Shown here in pieces: positions 9,080-18,849 of a stretch of 64,000 nt of DNA. A model generated the notes under the pieces. That model did no database searches. It saw nothing but the letters and a program-made list of their open reading frames with translations, and was not told where the DNA came from. This DNA is from Myxococcota bacterium (GTDB taxonomy: Bacteria > Myxococcota_A > UBA9160 > JAFDDA01), in NCBI GenBank assembly GCA_965228475.1, contig OZ245817.1, positions 1,312,001-1,376,000 of the forward strand. Reading direction: 5' to 3'. Each line of letters begins with the position of its first letter. Within the stretch, counting starts at the first letter, position 1. The translations under genes and the position numbers were made by a program.

Positions 9080-10080
9080 CGGCCCTGGCACCGCTGCGCC
9101 AGCGCGGCGGCCCCACCCGGGTCGCGGTGATCGGGGCCGGGCACATGGGCGCGCTCCACGTGAGCAAGCTCCACGCCCTCGCCGCCGAGGGCGAAGTGAC
9201 CCTCGCCGGCGTCGCGGACATCGACCCCTCCCGGGCCCAGGCCGTCGCCAGCGCGTACGGCATCCATCACACCCAGGACTTCCGGGAGCTCCTGCGCCGG
9301 GCGGACACGGCGATCGTGGCGGTGCCGGCCGTCGACCACTACGAGGTCGTGAACGAGGCGCTGAAGGCCGGGCTCGACGTCCTCGTCGAGAAGCCGATCG
9401 CGGCGAGTCTCCCCGAGGCCGAGGCGCTGCTCGCGACGGCGCGCAGCGAGAAGCGGTTGCTCCAGGTCGGTCACCTCGAGCGTTTCAACGCCGCCTTCCA
9501 GACGGTCGCGGACTCGATCGAACGCCCGCGCTTCATCGAGGTCCACCGGCTCGGACCCTTCCCCGCGCGCGCCACGGACGTCGACGTCGTCTGCGACCTC
9601 ATGATCCACGACCTCGACATCATCCTGCGGCTGGTCGGCGAAGAGCCGGAGCGGGTCGAGGGCGCGGGCGTCGCCATCCTCTCCTCGGAGCTCGACATCG
9701 CCAACGCGCGCCTGACCTTCCCGAGCGGCTGCGTCGCCAACGTCACGGCGAGCCGGGTCTCCCCGACGCCGATGCGCAAGGTCCGGATCTTCCAGCCCGA
9801 CGGCTACTTCTCCCTCGACTTCCTCGAGAACCGCGCAGCGATCTTCCGTCACGCGGGAGAGGACGATCCCGAGCCGATCCGCATGGAGCCCCTCGACCTC
9901 GGCGAAGGCGACGCGCTCGACCTCCAGCTGCGGGCCTTCCTCGCGGCGGTCCGCACGCGGGAGGAGGCCTCGGTGACGCCCGAGGAGGCGATGCGCGCGC
10001 TGCGCACCGCGCTGCGAATCACCGACGCGATCGAGCCGGCCGACCCCTCCGGCGCCGCCGGCCCGACCCCCCGGACGTGA
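9076..10080 (+). CDS. Gfo/Idh/MocA oxidoreductase, GnnA-like UDP-GlcNAc 3-dehydrogenase candidate
   Basis: VAVIGAGHMG, VLVEKP, GHLERFN, DLMIHDLD, ANARL; GTG start overlapping lpxI stop; sits between lpxI and lpxB. Confidence 0.85.
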   Translation: MTALAPLRQRGGPTRVAVIGAGHMGALHVSKLHALAAEGEVTLAGVADIDPSRAQAVASAYGIHHTQDFRELLRRADTAIVAVPAVDHYEVVNEALKAGLDVLVEKPIAASLPEAEALLATARSEKRLLQVGHLERFNAAFQTVADSIERPRFIEVHRLGPFPARATDVDVVCDLMIHDLDIILRLVGEEPERVEGAGVAILSSELDIANARLTFPSGCVANVTASRVSPTPMRKVRIFQPDGYFSLDFLENRAAIFRHAGEDDPEPIRMEPLDLGEGDALDLQLRAFLAAVRTREEASVTPEEAMRALRTALRITDAIEPADPSGAAGPTPRT

Positions 10081-11348
10081 GCCGGGCCTCGAGCAGCGTC
10101 AGCCCCGCGGACGGCAGCCTCCTGCCCCGGCCGATGGACCCGCCGACCGTCTTCGTTTGCGCCGGCGATGCCTCGGGGGACATCCACGCGGCGGGCTTCG
10201 TGCGGGCCTTCCGCGAGCGCGAACCCGGGGCCCGCTTCATCGGTCTGGGCGGCGTCGAGATGGAAAAGGCGGGGGTGGAGCTCCTCGTCCACCAGCGCGA
10301 GATTGCCGTGGCCGGGTTCTTCGCGGTGCTGGGTGCGCTCAGCAAGATCTTCGCGGCGTGGCGGAGGCTCGGCCAGCACCTCCGCCTCCTGCGGCCGGAT
10401 CTCGTCGTGCTGATCGACTCGCCGGACTTCAACCTGCCCCTGGCCCGCCGCGCGAAGAAGGCCGGGATCCCGGTGCTCTACTACATCGGACCGCAGGTCT
10501 GGGCCTGGCGCCGCGGGCGCGTGCGCAAGATCGCCCGACGGGTCGACCGCCTGGCCGTGATCTTCCCCTTCGAGGTGGAGTTCTACCGCTCGACCGGTCT
10601 GCAGGTCGACTTCGTGGGCCATCCCCTCGTCGAACGGATGGCCGAAGCGCGCGAACGCCACGGGCGCGAAGCGGACCGGAACACGCTCGGCCTGCCCCTC
10701 GATCGGCCGGTGATCACGCTCCTGCCCGGCAGCCGGCGCAACGAGATCGAGAACATGCTGCCGCTGTTCCTCGAGACCGCGCGCGCCGTCCATGCGCGCG
10801 ACCCGCGCGTGGTGTTCGTGCTGCCGGTCGCGCCGACCCTCGACCCTGCGGAGATCGCGGCCCGCGTGGCGGCGGCGGGTCTGCCGTCCTTGCTCCGCCT
10901 CGAGGTCGTCGAGGGCCAGGCCTACGAAGCCATCTCCGCCGGCGACGTCGCCCTCGCGATGCCCGGCACGGTGAACCTCGAAGTCGCACTGCTGCGCCGC
11001 CCCCAGGTGGCCGCGGTCCGCGTCGGCGCCGTGACCTGGGCCATCGCCAACCGGCTCGTGCGCCTCGACTCGGTCACCCTGCCGAACCTGATCGCCGGCG
11101 AGCCCGTGATCCCCGAGTACCTCCAGGCCGACGCCGAGCCCGAGGCCCTGGCCGATGCGCTGCTCGGGCTGCTCTCGGGCCCCGAGCGCGAGCGTCAGCT
11201 CGACGCGCTCGACCGGCTTCGGGAGTCCCTCGGCCCCGGGGGCGCGGCCGCCCATACCGCCGCCATCGCGCGGGAGATGACGGGCCGTACGGGCCCGGAA
11301 GAGGCGCCCGCGCACGACGCAAAGGACGGCGGTTCCGCTGAGTCCTAG
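10077..11348 (+). CDS. lpxB: Lipid-A-disaccharide synthase (alternative start ATG 10134)
   Basis: AGDASGDIH, IDSPDFN, PQVWAWR, FPFE, VGHPL, LLPGSR, LPNLIAG. Confidence 0.95.
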   Translation: MSRASSSVSPADGSLLPRPMDPPTVFVCAGDASGDIHAAGFVRAFREREPGARFIGLGGVEMEKAGVELLVHQREIAVAGFFAVLGALSKIFAAWRRLGQHLRLLRPDLVVLIDSPDFNLPLARRAKKAGIPVLYYIGPQVWAWRRGRVRKIARRVDRLAVIFPFEVEFYRSTGLQVDFVGHPLVERMAEARERHGREADRNTLGLPLDRPVITLLPGSRRNEIENMLPLFLETARAVHARDPRVVFVLPVAPTLDPAEIAARVAAAGLPSLLRLEVVEGQAYEAISAGDVALAMPGTVNLEVALLRRPQVAAVRVGAVTWAIANRLVRLDSVTLPNLIAGEPVIPEYLQADAEPEALADALLGLLSGPERERQLDALDRLRESLGPGGAAAHTAAIAREMTGRTGPEEAPAHDAKDGGSAES

Positions 11349-11406
11349 TGACGTTCGTCCGCCGCCCGCGAGCCCGGGCCGTCGCGCGGGCGCGGCGCTC
11401 GGCGCG

Positions 11407-12624
11407 GTGCTCGCCGCACCGGCCGTGGGTCTCGGCTGGCTGTTGCGGCCGAAGTGGCGGCCGGGTCTGGCCGAGCGGCTCGGGAGGATCCCTTCGGAAG
11501 CCGGTGCGGCGGCGCCGATCTGGATCCACGCGGCGAGCGTCGGCGAGGCGGCGGCGGCGCTTCGCCTCGTGGATGCGCTTGCCGAGCGCGGTCACACGCC
11601 GCGCGTCAGCACGACGACGATCACCGGGCAGGCGTTCCTCGCGAGCGCCCGCCCGAAGCTCACCGCGCACCTCGCACCCCTCGATCATCCCTGGGCCGTG
11701 GCCGCCGCCTTCGAGCGCGCCCGGCCGAAGCTGCTGACGCTGGTGGAGACGGAGCTCTGGCCGAGCCTCGTCGCCGGGGCCGCGGCGCGCGGGATCCCCG
11801 TCGTCATGGTCTCCGCGCGGCTCTCGGACCGGGCCTTTCCCCGCTACCAACGCCTCGCGCGCTGGTTCGCGCCGACCCTCGCGCGGCTCTCGGCCGTGGC
11901 CGCGCGGAGCGACGTCGACGCGGAGCGCTTCGCCGCGCTCGGCGTTCCCGAAGCGCGCATCTCGGTGACGGGCGACCTGAAGCTCGAGCCGATGGCGCCC
12001 CCGCCGCTCGCCGAGGCGCTCCGCGCGCGGCTCGGAGGCGAAGCCCTCCTCGTCGCGGGAAGCGTCCATCCCGGCGAGGTCCCCCCCGTTCTCGAAGCCT
12101 TCCGCCGAGTGCAGGACGCCGTGCCGGGGAGCGCCCTCGTGCTCGCCCCGCGGCATCCCGAGCGCTTCGACGAGGCAGCGCGCAGCATCGCCGAAGCCGG
12201 ATTCCCGCTCGAGCGGCGCAGCGAGCATGGCCCGCCGCTCGGGCCCGGCGGCGTGCTGCTGCTCGACAGCGTCGGCGAGCTCGGCGCCGTCTACGCGGCG
12301 GCGCGGTCCGCCTTCGTCGGGGGGTCGCTCCTGCCCGGAGTCGGCGGGCACAACGTGCTCGAGCCGGTCTTCGCCGAACGTCCGGTTTGCTTCGGCCCGC
12401 ATACCGAGAACGCCCGCGAGCCGGTCCGCATCGTGCTCGAGTCGGGCGCGGGGACGAAGGTCGACGACGCGGCGAGTCTCGCCTCCGCCTTCGTTCGGGA
12501 CCTGGCCGACCCCGCAGCGGCCCACCGGCGAGGGAGCGAAGGCCGCGCGGCGCTCGCGCCCCACGAAGGGGCGGCGCGCCGCGCCGCGGCTTGCATCGAA
12601 GCCGTCCTCGAGGCCGCTTCATGA
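11407..12624 (+). CDS. waaA: Kdo transferase (true start possibly CTG 11338)
   Basis: ERLG, IWIHAASVGE, ETELWP, GDLK, LAPRHPERF, FVGGSL, GGHNVLEP. Confidence 0.93.
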   Translation: MLAAPAVGLGWLLRPKWRPGLAERLGRIPSEAGAAAPIWIHAASVGEAAAALRLVDALAERGHTPRVSTTTITGQAFLASARPKLTAHLAPLDHPWAVAAAFERARPKLLTLVETELWPSLVAGAAARGIPVVMVSARLSDRAFPRYQRLARWFAPTLARLSAVAARSDVDAERFAALGVPEARISVTGDLKLEPMAPPPLAEALRARLGGEALLVAGSVHPGEVPPVLEAFRRVQDAVPGSALVLAPRHPERFDEAARSIAEAGFPLERRSEHGPPLGPGGVLLLDSVGELGAVYAAARSAFVGGSLLPGVGGHNVLEPVFAERPVCFGPHTENAREPVRIVLESGAGTKVDDAASLASAFVRDLADPAAAHRRGSEGRAALAPHEGAARRAAACIEAVLEAAS

Positions 12625-13682
12625 GACTGCGCGCGGGCTGGCTCACGGAAGAGGCGAAGACCCCCGGCGGGAAGCTGCTTCGCGCCGCGCTCGTTCCCTT
12701 CTCGATTCTCTACGGGGCGGCGGCGCGGGCGCACGGGGCGGCCTATCGCGCCGGCTGGCTTCGCCGCGCGCGGCCGAGCTGCCGCGTGGTGAGCGTCGGG
12801 AGCCCGGTCGCGGGCGGGACCGCGAAGACGCCGACGGCCGCCTGGCTCGCGTCCCGCCTGCACGAGCGCGGGCACAAGGCGGTGCTGGCGACGCGCGGCT
12901 ACGGACGGACCGGGAACGAGCCGGTCGTCGTTCTGTCCGACGGCAAGCGCGTGCGCGGGCGCCTGCGGGAGGCCGGCGACGAACCCGCACTGCTGGTCGG
13001 TCTCGCGCCGGGGGTTCCCGTGTTGGTGGGGCCGGACCGCTCCGTCGTCAGCCTGCGCGCGGTCTCGGCCTTCGGTGCGGACGTCGTCGTCCTCGACGAC
13101 GGGATGCAGCACCACCGGCTCGCGCGGGACGTCGAGATCGTGACCCTCGACGGGCGCACCGGCCTCGGCAACGGCTGGACGCTCCCGCGAGGCCCGCTGC
13201 GCGAGCCGCTCGTCGCGCTGCGGCGCGCCGACGCGATCGTCGTCGTGGACGGCCCGCTCTCGGATGCCGACGAAGCCCGGCTCCAGCGCCACGCGCCCGG
13301 CGCCCGCCGGGCCGAAGCGCGCCGCGCGCCGACCTTTCTCCGGAACCACCGGGATGGCCGCCGCGCCGGGCTCGATACGCTGGAGGGCCGCCGCATCGGC
13401 ATGCTGTGTGGCATCGCGCGGCCCGAGAGTTTCCGCGCCACGCTCGAAGGTCTCGGGGCCGAGGTCGTCGCCGAACGGGTCTTCCCGGACCACCATGCCT
13501 ACGGCGCCGCCGACGTCACCGCGCTCGAAGGGGCCGAGACCTGGGTCACGACCGAGAAGGACGCGGTGAAGATCCTCCCAGGCTGGCTCGACCCGGGTTG
13601 CGACCTCCGCGTGCTCGGGATCCGCATCGCCGTGGAAGAGGCCGACGCCTTCGTGGACTGGCTCCACGGCCGCGTCCGCTAG
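12621..13682 (+). CDS. lpxK: Tetraacyldisaccharide 4'-kinase
   Basis: VSVGSPVAGGTAKTP, RGYG, GDEP, LDDGMQH, PRGPLREP, FPDHH, TTEKDAVK; ATGA overlap with waaA. Confidence 0.95.
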   Translation: MRLRAGWLTEEAKTPGGKLLRAALVPFSILYGAAARAHGAAYRAGWLRRARPSCRVVSVGSPVAGGTAKTPTAAWLASRLHERGHKAVLATRGYGRTGNEPVVVLSDGKRVRGRLREAGDEPALLVGLAPGVPVLVGPDRSVVSLRAVSAFGADVVVLDDGMQHHRLARDVEIVTLDGRTGLGNGWTLPRGPLREPLVALRRADAIVVVDGPLSDADEARLQRHAPGARRAEARRAPTFLRNHRDGRRAGLDTLEGRRIGMLCGIARPESFRATLEGLGAEVVAERVFPDHHAYGAADVTALEGAETWVTTEKDAVKILPGWLDPGCDLRVLGIRIAVEEADAFVDWLHGRVR

Positions 13683-13695
13683 CGCCTCCGAAGCC

Positions 13696-14541
13696 TCACG
13701 GCGTGCGATAGCGCAGGGCGTGGATGGCCACGCGCCGGCGCTCGCGGGGCCAGTGGCGGCCGAGGTCCACGCCGAGGCCGGTGTCGCCGGCGACGTAGGC
13801 CGCGAGGAAGGCGCGATGGGCTTCGTGATCGATCCGGTCCGCGAGCCCGCGCTTCAGGACGGAACGGTGCAGCCGCGCGAGTTCCTTCATGCGCCGCGCG
13901 GCATCCGGCGCCTCCCCCGAGCGTGCGCCGTCGAGGTCGACGATCACGGCGTCGCACGCGTCGCCCCGTTCGCGCACGAGCAGGTTCTTGACGTGGAGGT
14001 CCGCGTGGCGCCCGCCCGCGTCGTGGAAGCGCCGGATCGCGCGGGCGCAGGCCTCGACGGCGCGCAGGACCCGCGGGCGGTCCGGCTCGGATGCCATCCA
14101 CACCAGGACGTCGGGCGCACCTTCCTCGAGGACGGTCCCGACGACGGCGTTCCAGAAGGGGCCGCGTCGCCGGGCGGCGGCGAGGACGGGACGCACGACG
14201 GGCGCGCCCGCGCCGAACAGCTCGGCCGTCACGCGCAGCTCTTCGAAGGCGCGCGCGGGGGAGGTCAGGCGGTCGCCGAGGGTGCCGCCGAGGAGTCCGC
14301 CGCGGAGGACGCGTCGCACGATGCAGGTGCCGCCCGAGACGGGCAGGGCGCAGGCGAGCGTGGCGCCGCGGCCCGCGGCGAGGGGCTCGCCGGCGAGCAG
14401 CGCCTCGAAGCCCGCCGGGCCGTTCCATCCGGCCGCCGCCACGTCCTCCCCGAACGCTTCGTTCCAGGCGACCTCGCCGAAGTCCGTGGTCTCCCGCGCC
14501 AGCCCCACCTTTCCCGGCGCGCGGTCCGAGGACTCGCTCAT
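13696..14541 (-). CDS. kdkA: Kdo kinase / LPS kinase (Kdo/WaaP family)
   Basis: RRVLRGGLLG, HADLHVKNLLV, IVDLD, LARLHRSVLK; ATGA overlap with lptF stop. Confidence 0.8.
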   Translation of the reverse strand: MSESSDRAPGKVGLARETTDFGEVAWNEAFGEDVAAAGWNGPAGFEALLAGEPLAAGRGATLACALPVSGGTCIVRRVLRGGLLGGTLGDRLTSPARAFEELRVTAELFGAGAPVVRPVLAAARRRGPFWNAVVGTVLEEGAPDVLVWMASEPDRPRVLRAVEACARAIRRFHDAGGRHADLHVKNLLVRERGDACDAVIVDLDGARSGEAPDAARRMKELARLHRSVLKRGLADRIDHEAHRAFLAAYVAGDTGLGVDLGRHWPRERRRVAIHALRYRTP

Positions 14542-15668
14542 CCGAAGGGTGCGTTGCGGGCGCGCCAATAGAGCCCGGCCGCGAGGACCGCGAAGACGAG
14601 GTTCGGTGTCCAGAGCGCCAGGGCGGGCGGCAGCGTGTTGCTCTCGGTCAGGTACTCGCCGAAGGAGAGCAGCATGTAGTAGAGGAAGATCACCGAGACG
14701 CACAGGAAGGCGCCGGAAGAGCGGCCGCCACGCGCGCGCCGCACGGCGAGCGGTGTCCCGATCAGGGCGAAGAGCAGCGGCGTGAAGGCGAGGGCGAAGC
14801 GCCGGTGGTATTGGCCGAGGTAGACGTTGACGTTCGAGTAGCGGAGGTCCGTCAGCGGGTCGCCGCTGCGTCCCCGGGCGATCACCTCGGAGAGCTCGCT
14901 CATGCGCATGTCGCGGGGTTTCAGTTTGCCGACGTCTTCGGTCAGGAGGGCGGCGGCCTCGATCGGGTAGTCGAAGCGCTCGAAGCCGATCCGGCGGTAG
15001 GCCGCGTCGTTCAGATGGTGCGGCTCGAAGTGGATGTCGCCGTCGTTGAGTTCGAGGTGGACCTCGCCGTCGTCCTCGTCCAGGTAGAAGCGCCCGCGGC
15101 TCGCGACCACCATGAAGGGCCGCTCCGCGTTCGAGTGGTCCGAGATCACGACGCCCGTGAGACTCTTCTCCTCGCCCACCTGCTCGACGAAGACCACGCG
15201 GTCGCCGACGGAGATGAATCGGCCGGGGGCGAGGAAGGCGCCGCGCGAGAGCACCGTCCGCCAGAGGGCCCGGAGCTCGCGCCGGGCTTCGGGCTCGACG
15301 GTGGTGAGCAGGACGCCCGAGAGCAGGGAGACCGGGATGGCGGCGATGGCGATCGGCGCCACCAGCTCCCGCATGCCCATGCCGCAGGAGCGCATCGCGA
15401 CGACCTCGGAATCCGCCGAGAGCCGGCCCACCGCGACCAGGACGCCGAACAGGAACCCCACCGGCAGCAGGTAGCCCGTCACGAGGGCCAGCACCGAGCC
15501 GAGCACGACCATGAAGTCGGCCCAGGCGAAGCCGGTGCCGAGGAAGGTGTCGAGCCGGCGAAACATGTTCTGAGCGACGAAGATCGAACCCAGGGCGAGG
15601 AACCCCAGCGTCGCGTACTGGAAGACTTCGCGGACGAGGTAGGCGGAGAGGATGCGCGGCATCCGCAT
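14538..15668 (-). CDS. lptF: LPS export ABC transporter permease LptF/LptG family
   Basis: ILSAYLVREV, GRLSADSEVVAMRSCG, HRRFALAF, LWTPNLVF; 3+3 TM layout. Confidence 0.85.
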   Translation of the reverse strand: MRMPRILSAYLVREVFQYATLGFLALGSIFVAQNMFRRLDTFLGTGFAWADFMVVLGSVLALVTGYLLPVGFLFGVLVAVGRLSADSEVVAMRSCGMGMRELVAPIAIAAIPVSLLSGVLLTTVEPEARRELRALWRTVLSRGAFLAPGRFISVGDRVVFVEQVGEEKSLTGVVISDHSNAERPFMVVASRGRFYLDEDDGEVHLELNDGDIHFEPHHLNDAAYRRIGFERFDYPIEAAALLTEDVGKLKPRDMRMSELSEVIARGRSGDPLTDLRYSNVNVYLGQYHRRFALAFTPLLFALIGTPLAVRRARGGRSSGAFLCVSVIFLYYMLLSFGEYLTESNTLPPALALWTPNLVFAVLAAGLYWRARNAPFG

Positions 15669-15749
15669 GGCCCGGTATCCTACCGGCGCGGTCTTTCCTG
15701 CGCGAGGCTCACCATCGACGTTTGCCGTGAATCGCTTCCCGCCCCCCCG

Positions 15750-16832
15750 TTGGCGGAGAGGATTGCCGTGCTCCGGCTCGGCGCGGTCGGCGACGTCGTG
15801 CGGACGCTGCCCGCCGCGTCGGCGCTGCGCGCGGCGTATCCCGATGCCCACATCACCTGGATCGTCGAGCCCGCTTCGGCGGAGCTGCTCCGGGCCCAGC
15901 CGTGGGTCGACGAGGTCATGGTCTTTCCGCGGCCGCGCCTCGCGGAACGGCTCGCCGCACGGCAGTTCGGTGAAGCCCTCGGGGAGGGGCGCGCCTTCCT
16001 TCGGAGGCTGCGCGGCGCGCGCTTCCGGATGGTCGTGGATTTCCACTCGATCCTGAAGAGTGGGCTGCTCTCGCTGCTCTCCGGCGCGCCCGTTCGCGTC
16101 GGGTACGCACGGCCCTACGGCCGGGAGTTCTCCTGGCTCTTCGCCAACGCGCGGGCCGAGATCGTCCCCGAGCGCTGCAGCCGCTTCGAGCGCAACGCGG
16201 CGCTCGTCTCCTACCTCGGCTTCTCGCGGGCCGGGCACCCCGAGCCGCTGCGCATCCCGGCGCCCGTGCGGGACGAGATGACGAAGGCGCTCGACGCCGA
16301 CGGCCGCCCCGTCGCGATCTTCCACCCCGGGACGAGCGACGGCACCCCGCACAAGCGCTGGAACCCGGAGGGGTACGCCGCCGTGGCGCGAAGCCTGGCC
16401 GAAGAAGGCGTCGACGTCCGCGTGACGGCCGGGCCCGCGCGCGACGACCGCGTGCTCGCCGAGGCGATCGTCGAAGGCGCGGCGGGCGCGGCGCGGCGCG
16501 CGCCCGAGACGAAATCGCTCCTCGAACTCGCGGGTCTGTTCGCGGCGAGCCGGCTCTACGTCGGAAGCGATACCGGGCCGATGCACGTGGCCTCCCTGGT
16601 CGGAACGCCCGTCGTGCAGCTCATGGGCCCCACCCATCCCGTCGAGAACCAGCCCTACCCGGAGACGCTGTCCCGAACGGTGCGCGTCCCGGTCGCCTGC
16701 AGCCCGTGCCGGCGCGGCTGCTCGGCGGCGGTGTGCATGGGCGTGATCGGCCCCGAAGCCGTGGTCGAAGCGGCGCGCGCGCTGCTCGCTGCGGAGCCGT
16801 CGCCCGCCGCCGGGGCGCGGGAGGTGCGATGA
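15750..16832 (+). CDS. Glycosyltransferase family 9 (heptosyltransferase-like); start uncertain
   Basis: RLGAVGDVV, VDFHSILKS, HPG..KRW, GSDTGPMHVA, GPT, CSPC; TTG 15750. Confidence 0.88.
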   Translation: MAERIAVLRLGAVGDVVRTLPAASALRAAYPDAHITWIVEPASAELLRAQPWVDEVMVFPRPRLAERLAARQFGEALGEGRAFLRRLRGARFRMVVDFHSILKSGLLSLLSGAPVRVGYARPYGREFSWLFANARAEIVPERCSRFERNAALVSYLGFSRAGHPEPLRIPAPVRDEMTKALDADGRPVAIFHPGTSDGTPHKRWNPEGYAAVARSLAEEGVDVRVTAGPARDDRVLAEAIVEGAAGAARRAPETKSLLELAGLFAASRLYVGSDTGPMHVASLVGTPVVQLMGPTHPVENQPYPETLSRTVRVPVACSPCRRGCSAAVCMGVIGPEAVVEAARALLAAEPSPAAGAREVR

Positions 16833-17890
16833 GCGACCCGCGCTCGGTGCTCGTCCGTGCCCCGAACTGGGCCGGCGACGTCGTGATGGCGACGCCGGGC
16901 TTCCGGGCCCTGCGCGAGCGTTTCCCCGACGCTCGTCTGGCACTCCAGATCCTGCCCGGCCTGGCGCCGCTCCTCGACGGCGCGCCCTGGTTCGACGAGG
17001 TCCTGCCTCTCGCTTCCCATCGAAAAGGCACCGCGGCGCTCCTGCGCGAAGGGCGCGCGCTGCGGGGTCGCCGCTTCGAGCTCGGCGTCTGCCTACCGGA
17101 CTCGGTCTCCTCGGCGCTCTTGATGCGCGCCGCCGGCGTCGAGCGCATCGTCGGCTACGGCCGCGGGCTGCGGGGCGTCCTGCTGCACGATTCCGTTCCG
17201 CCGCTGTCGGGCGACGACGGAAGCCCGTACGTGCCGCGCGAGCGTCACGTGCTCGGCCTCGTCGCGGCTCTCGGCGGGCGGGCGGAGGACGTGCGGCTCG
17301 AGCTCTTCGTGACGGATGGGGAGCAGGCCGAAGCGGAAGCCGCGCTCGCGGCGGGCGGCCTCGCCCCCGACGCACCGATGGCCGCCCTCGCCCCCGGCGC
17401 TTCCTATGGATCCTCGAAGTGCTGGCCGGCGGAGTCCTTCGCCGAGGTCGCGGACGCGCTCTCCGAGCGCGGCATCACGCCGGTGCTGGTCGGGGCGCCC
17501 TCCGAGCGGGAGATCAGCGAGCGCGTCGTCGCCGCCGCGAAGCGAGGCGTGCTGGACCTGACCGGCGCGATCTCGCTCGGCGCCCTCAAGGCCGTGCTGC
17601 GCCGAGCGCGCCTGCTCGTCTGCAACGATGCCGGCGCCCGCCACGTGGCCGTGGCCTTCGGCACGCCCGCGGTCTGCCTGTTCGGCCCGACGAGCGTCGA
17701 GAAGACCAAGCTCAACCTCGAGCGGGTGAAGGTGCTCACGGCCGACGTGGCCTGCCGGCCCTGCTACCACCGCGTCTGCCCGATCGACCACCGCTGCATG
17801 ACGCGCATCCTCCCGGCCGAGGTCCTGGCCGCCTCGGAGGGCGCACTCGGCCCGGCGGAAGGCCGAGGCGCGGAAGGCGCGCTCGCTTGA
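16829..17890 (+). CDS. waaF: LPS heptosyltransferase II
   Basis: RAPNWAGDVVMATP, APGASYGSSKCWP, NDAGARHVA, CRPC..CPIDHRCM. Confidence 0.85.
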   Translation: MSDPRSVLVRAPNWAGDVVMATPGFRALRERFPDARLALQILPGLAPLLDGAPWFDEVLPLASHRKGTAALLREGRALRGRRFELGVCLPDSVSSALLMRAAGVERIVGYGRGLRGVLLHDSVPPLSGDDGSPYVPRERHVLGLVAALGGRAEDVRLELFVTDGEQAEAEAALAAGGLAPDAPMAALAPGASYGSSKCWPAESFAEVADALSERGITPVLVGAPSEREISERVVAAAKRGVLDLTGAISLGALKAVLRRARLLVCNDAGARHVAVAFGTPAVCLFGPTSVEKTKLNLERVKVLTADVACRPCYHRVCPIDHRCMTRILPAEVLAASEGALGPAEGRGAEGALA

Positions 17891-18849
17891 GCGACCTCTC
17901 CGCGATCGTGGTCACCTGGAACGGCTGGCCGTTCCTCGAACGCTGCCTGCGCTCCCTCGAGGCGAACGTGCGCGCTCCGGGCCGGATCGCGATGGAGGTC
18001 ATCGTGGTCGACAACGGCTCCGAGGACGCGACGCTCGAATCCCTGGCGCGCGAGTTCCCCTGGGCCGAAGCCGTGGCGATGGGGGCCAACCGGGGCTTCG
18101 CGGCCGCGGTGAACGCCGGCCTGGCCCGGGCGTCCGGCCGATACGCCGTGCTCTTGAACAACGATACGGTGGTGCCGGAGGGCGCCTTCGAGGCGTGCAT
18201 CGCCTACCTCGACGCGAACGCCGATGCCGGGGTGGCCGGGCCCCAGCTCCGCTCCCCGGACGGCAAGAAACAAAACAGCGTTCATGCCGAGCCGAGCCTG
18301 GTCGGCGAGATCGTTCCGGGTTGGCTGCTCGAGACGCTCTTCCCGGACCGCTTTCCCTCGAAGCGCTTCGAACACGCCGCGCCGCTCGACGTCGATGCGG
18401 TACTCGGCGCGTGCCTCTTCCTGCGGCGCTCCCTTCTCCCCGAGGTGGGGGTCCTTTCCGAGGACTACTTCTTCTTTCTCGAGGAGACGGACTTCTGCCG
18501 CGCCGTGCGGGCGGCGGGGCACCGCGTCGTCCACCTGCCGCAGGTCGAGGTGACCCACGTCCACGGCGCGACGTCGAAGAAGAGGGATCCCGCGCGCACG
18601 CGCATCGAGTACCATCGTTCGCTGTACCGCTACTTTCGAAAAAACCGAGGCGTCGCCGCGCTGGCTGCGGTCGTTGCCATCCGGTTCGCCAAGAGCGTGT
18701 TGCACGTCGTGGTGGGTGCGCCCGGGGCGCTGTTTTCGGAGCGGGGCCGGGAGCGGTGGCGCGCGCGCTGGCGCGTGCTCTCGTGGCACCTCCGCGGAGG
18801 CCCGGAAGGTTGGGGAATGGCACCGGTGGAGCGGATTCAGGCAGGGTGA
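17887..18849 (+). CDS. Glycosyltransferase family 2 (rhamnosyltransferase-like)
   Basis: IVVTWN, VVDNGSED, NRGFAAAVNAG, LLNNDT, EETDFC; TTGA overlap with waaF stop. Confidence 0.88.
   Translation: MSDLSAIVVTWNGWPFLERCLRSLEANVRAPGRIAMEVIVVDNGSEDATLESLAREFPWAEAVAMGANRGFAAAVNAGLARASGRYAVLLNNDTVVPEGAFEACIAYLDANADAGVAGPQLRSPDGKKQNSVHAEPSLVGEIVPGWLLETLFPDRFPSKRFEHAAPLDVDAVLGACLFLRRSLLPEVGVLSEDYFFFLEETDFCRAVRAAGHRVVHLPQVEVTHVHGATSKKRDPARTRIEYHRSLYRYFRKNRGVAALAAVVAIRFAKSVLHVVVGAPGALFSERGRERWRARWRVLSWHLRGGPEGWGMAPVERIQAG

Noticed and set aside
11348..11737. GTG ORF overlapping the lpxB stop
   Set aside because: Out of frame with waaA and Arg-rich, typical of an alternative-frame artefact
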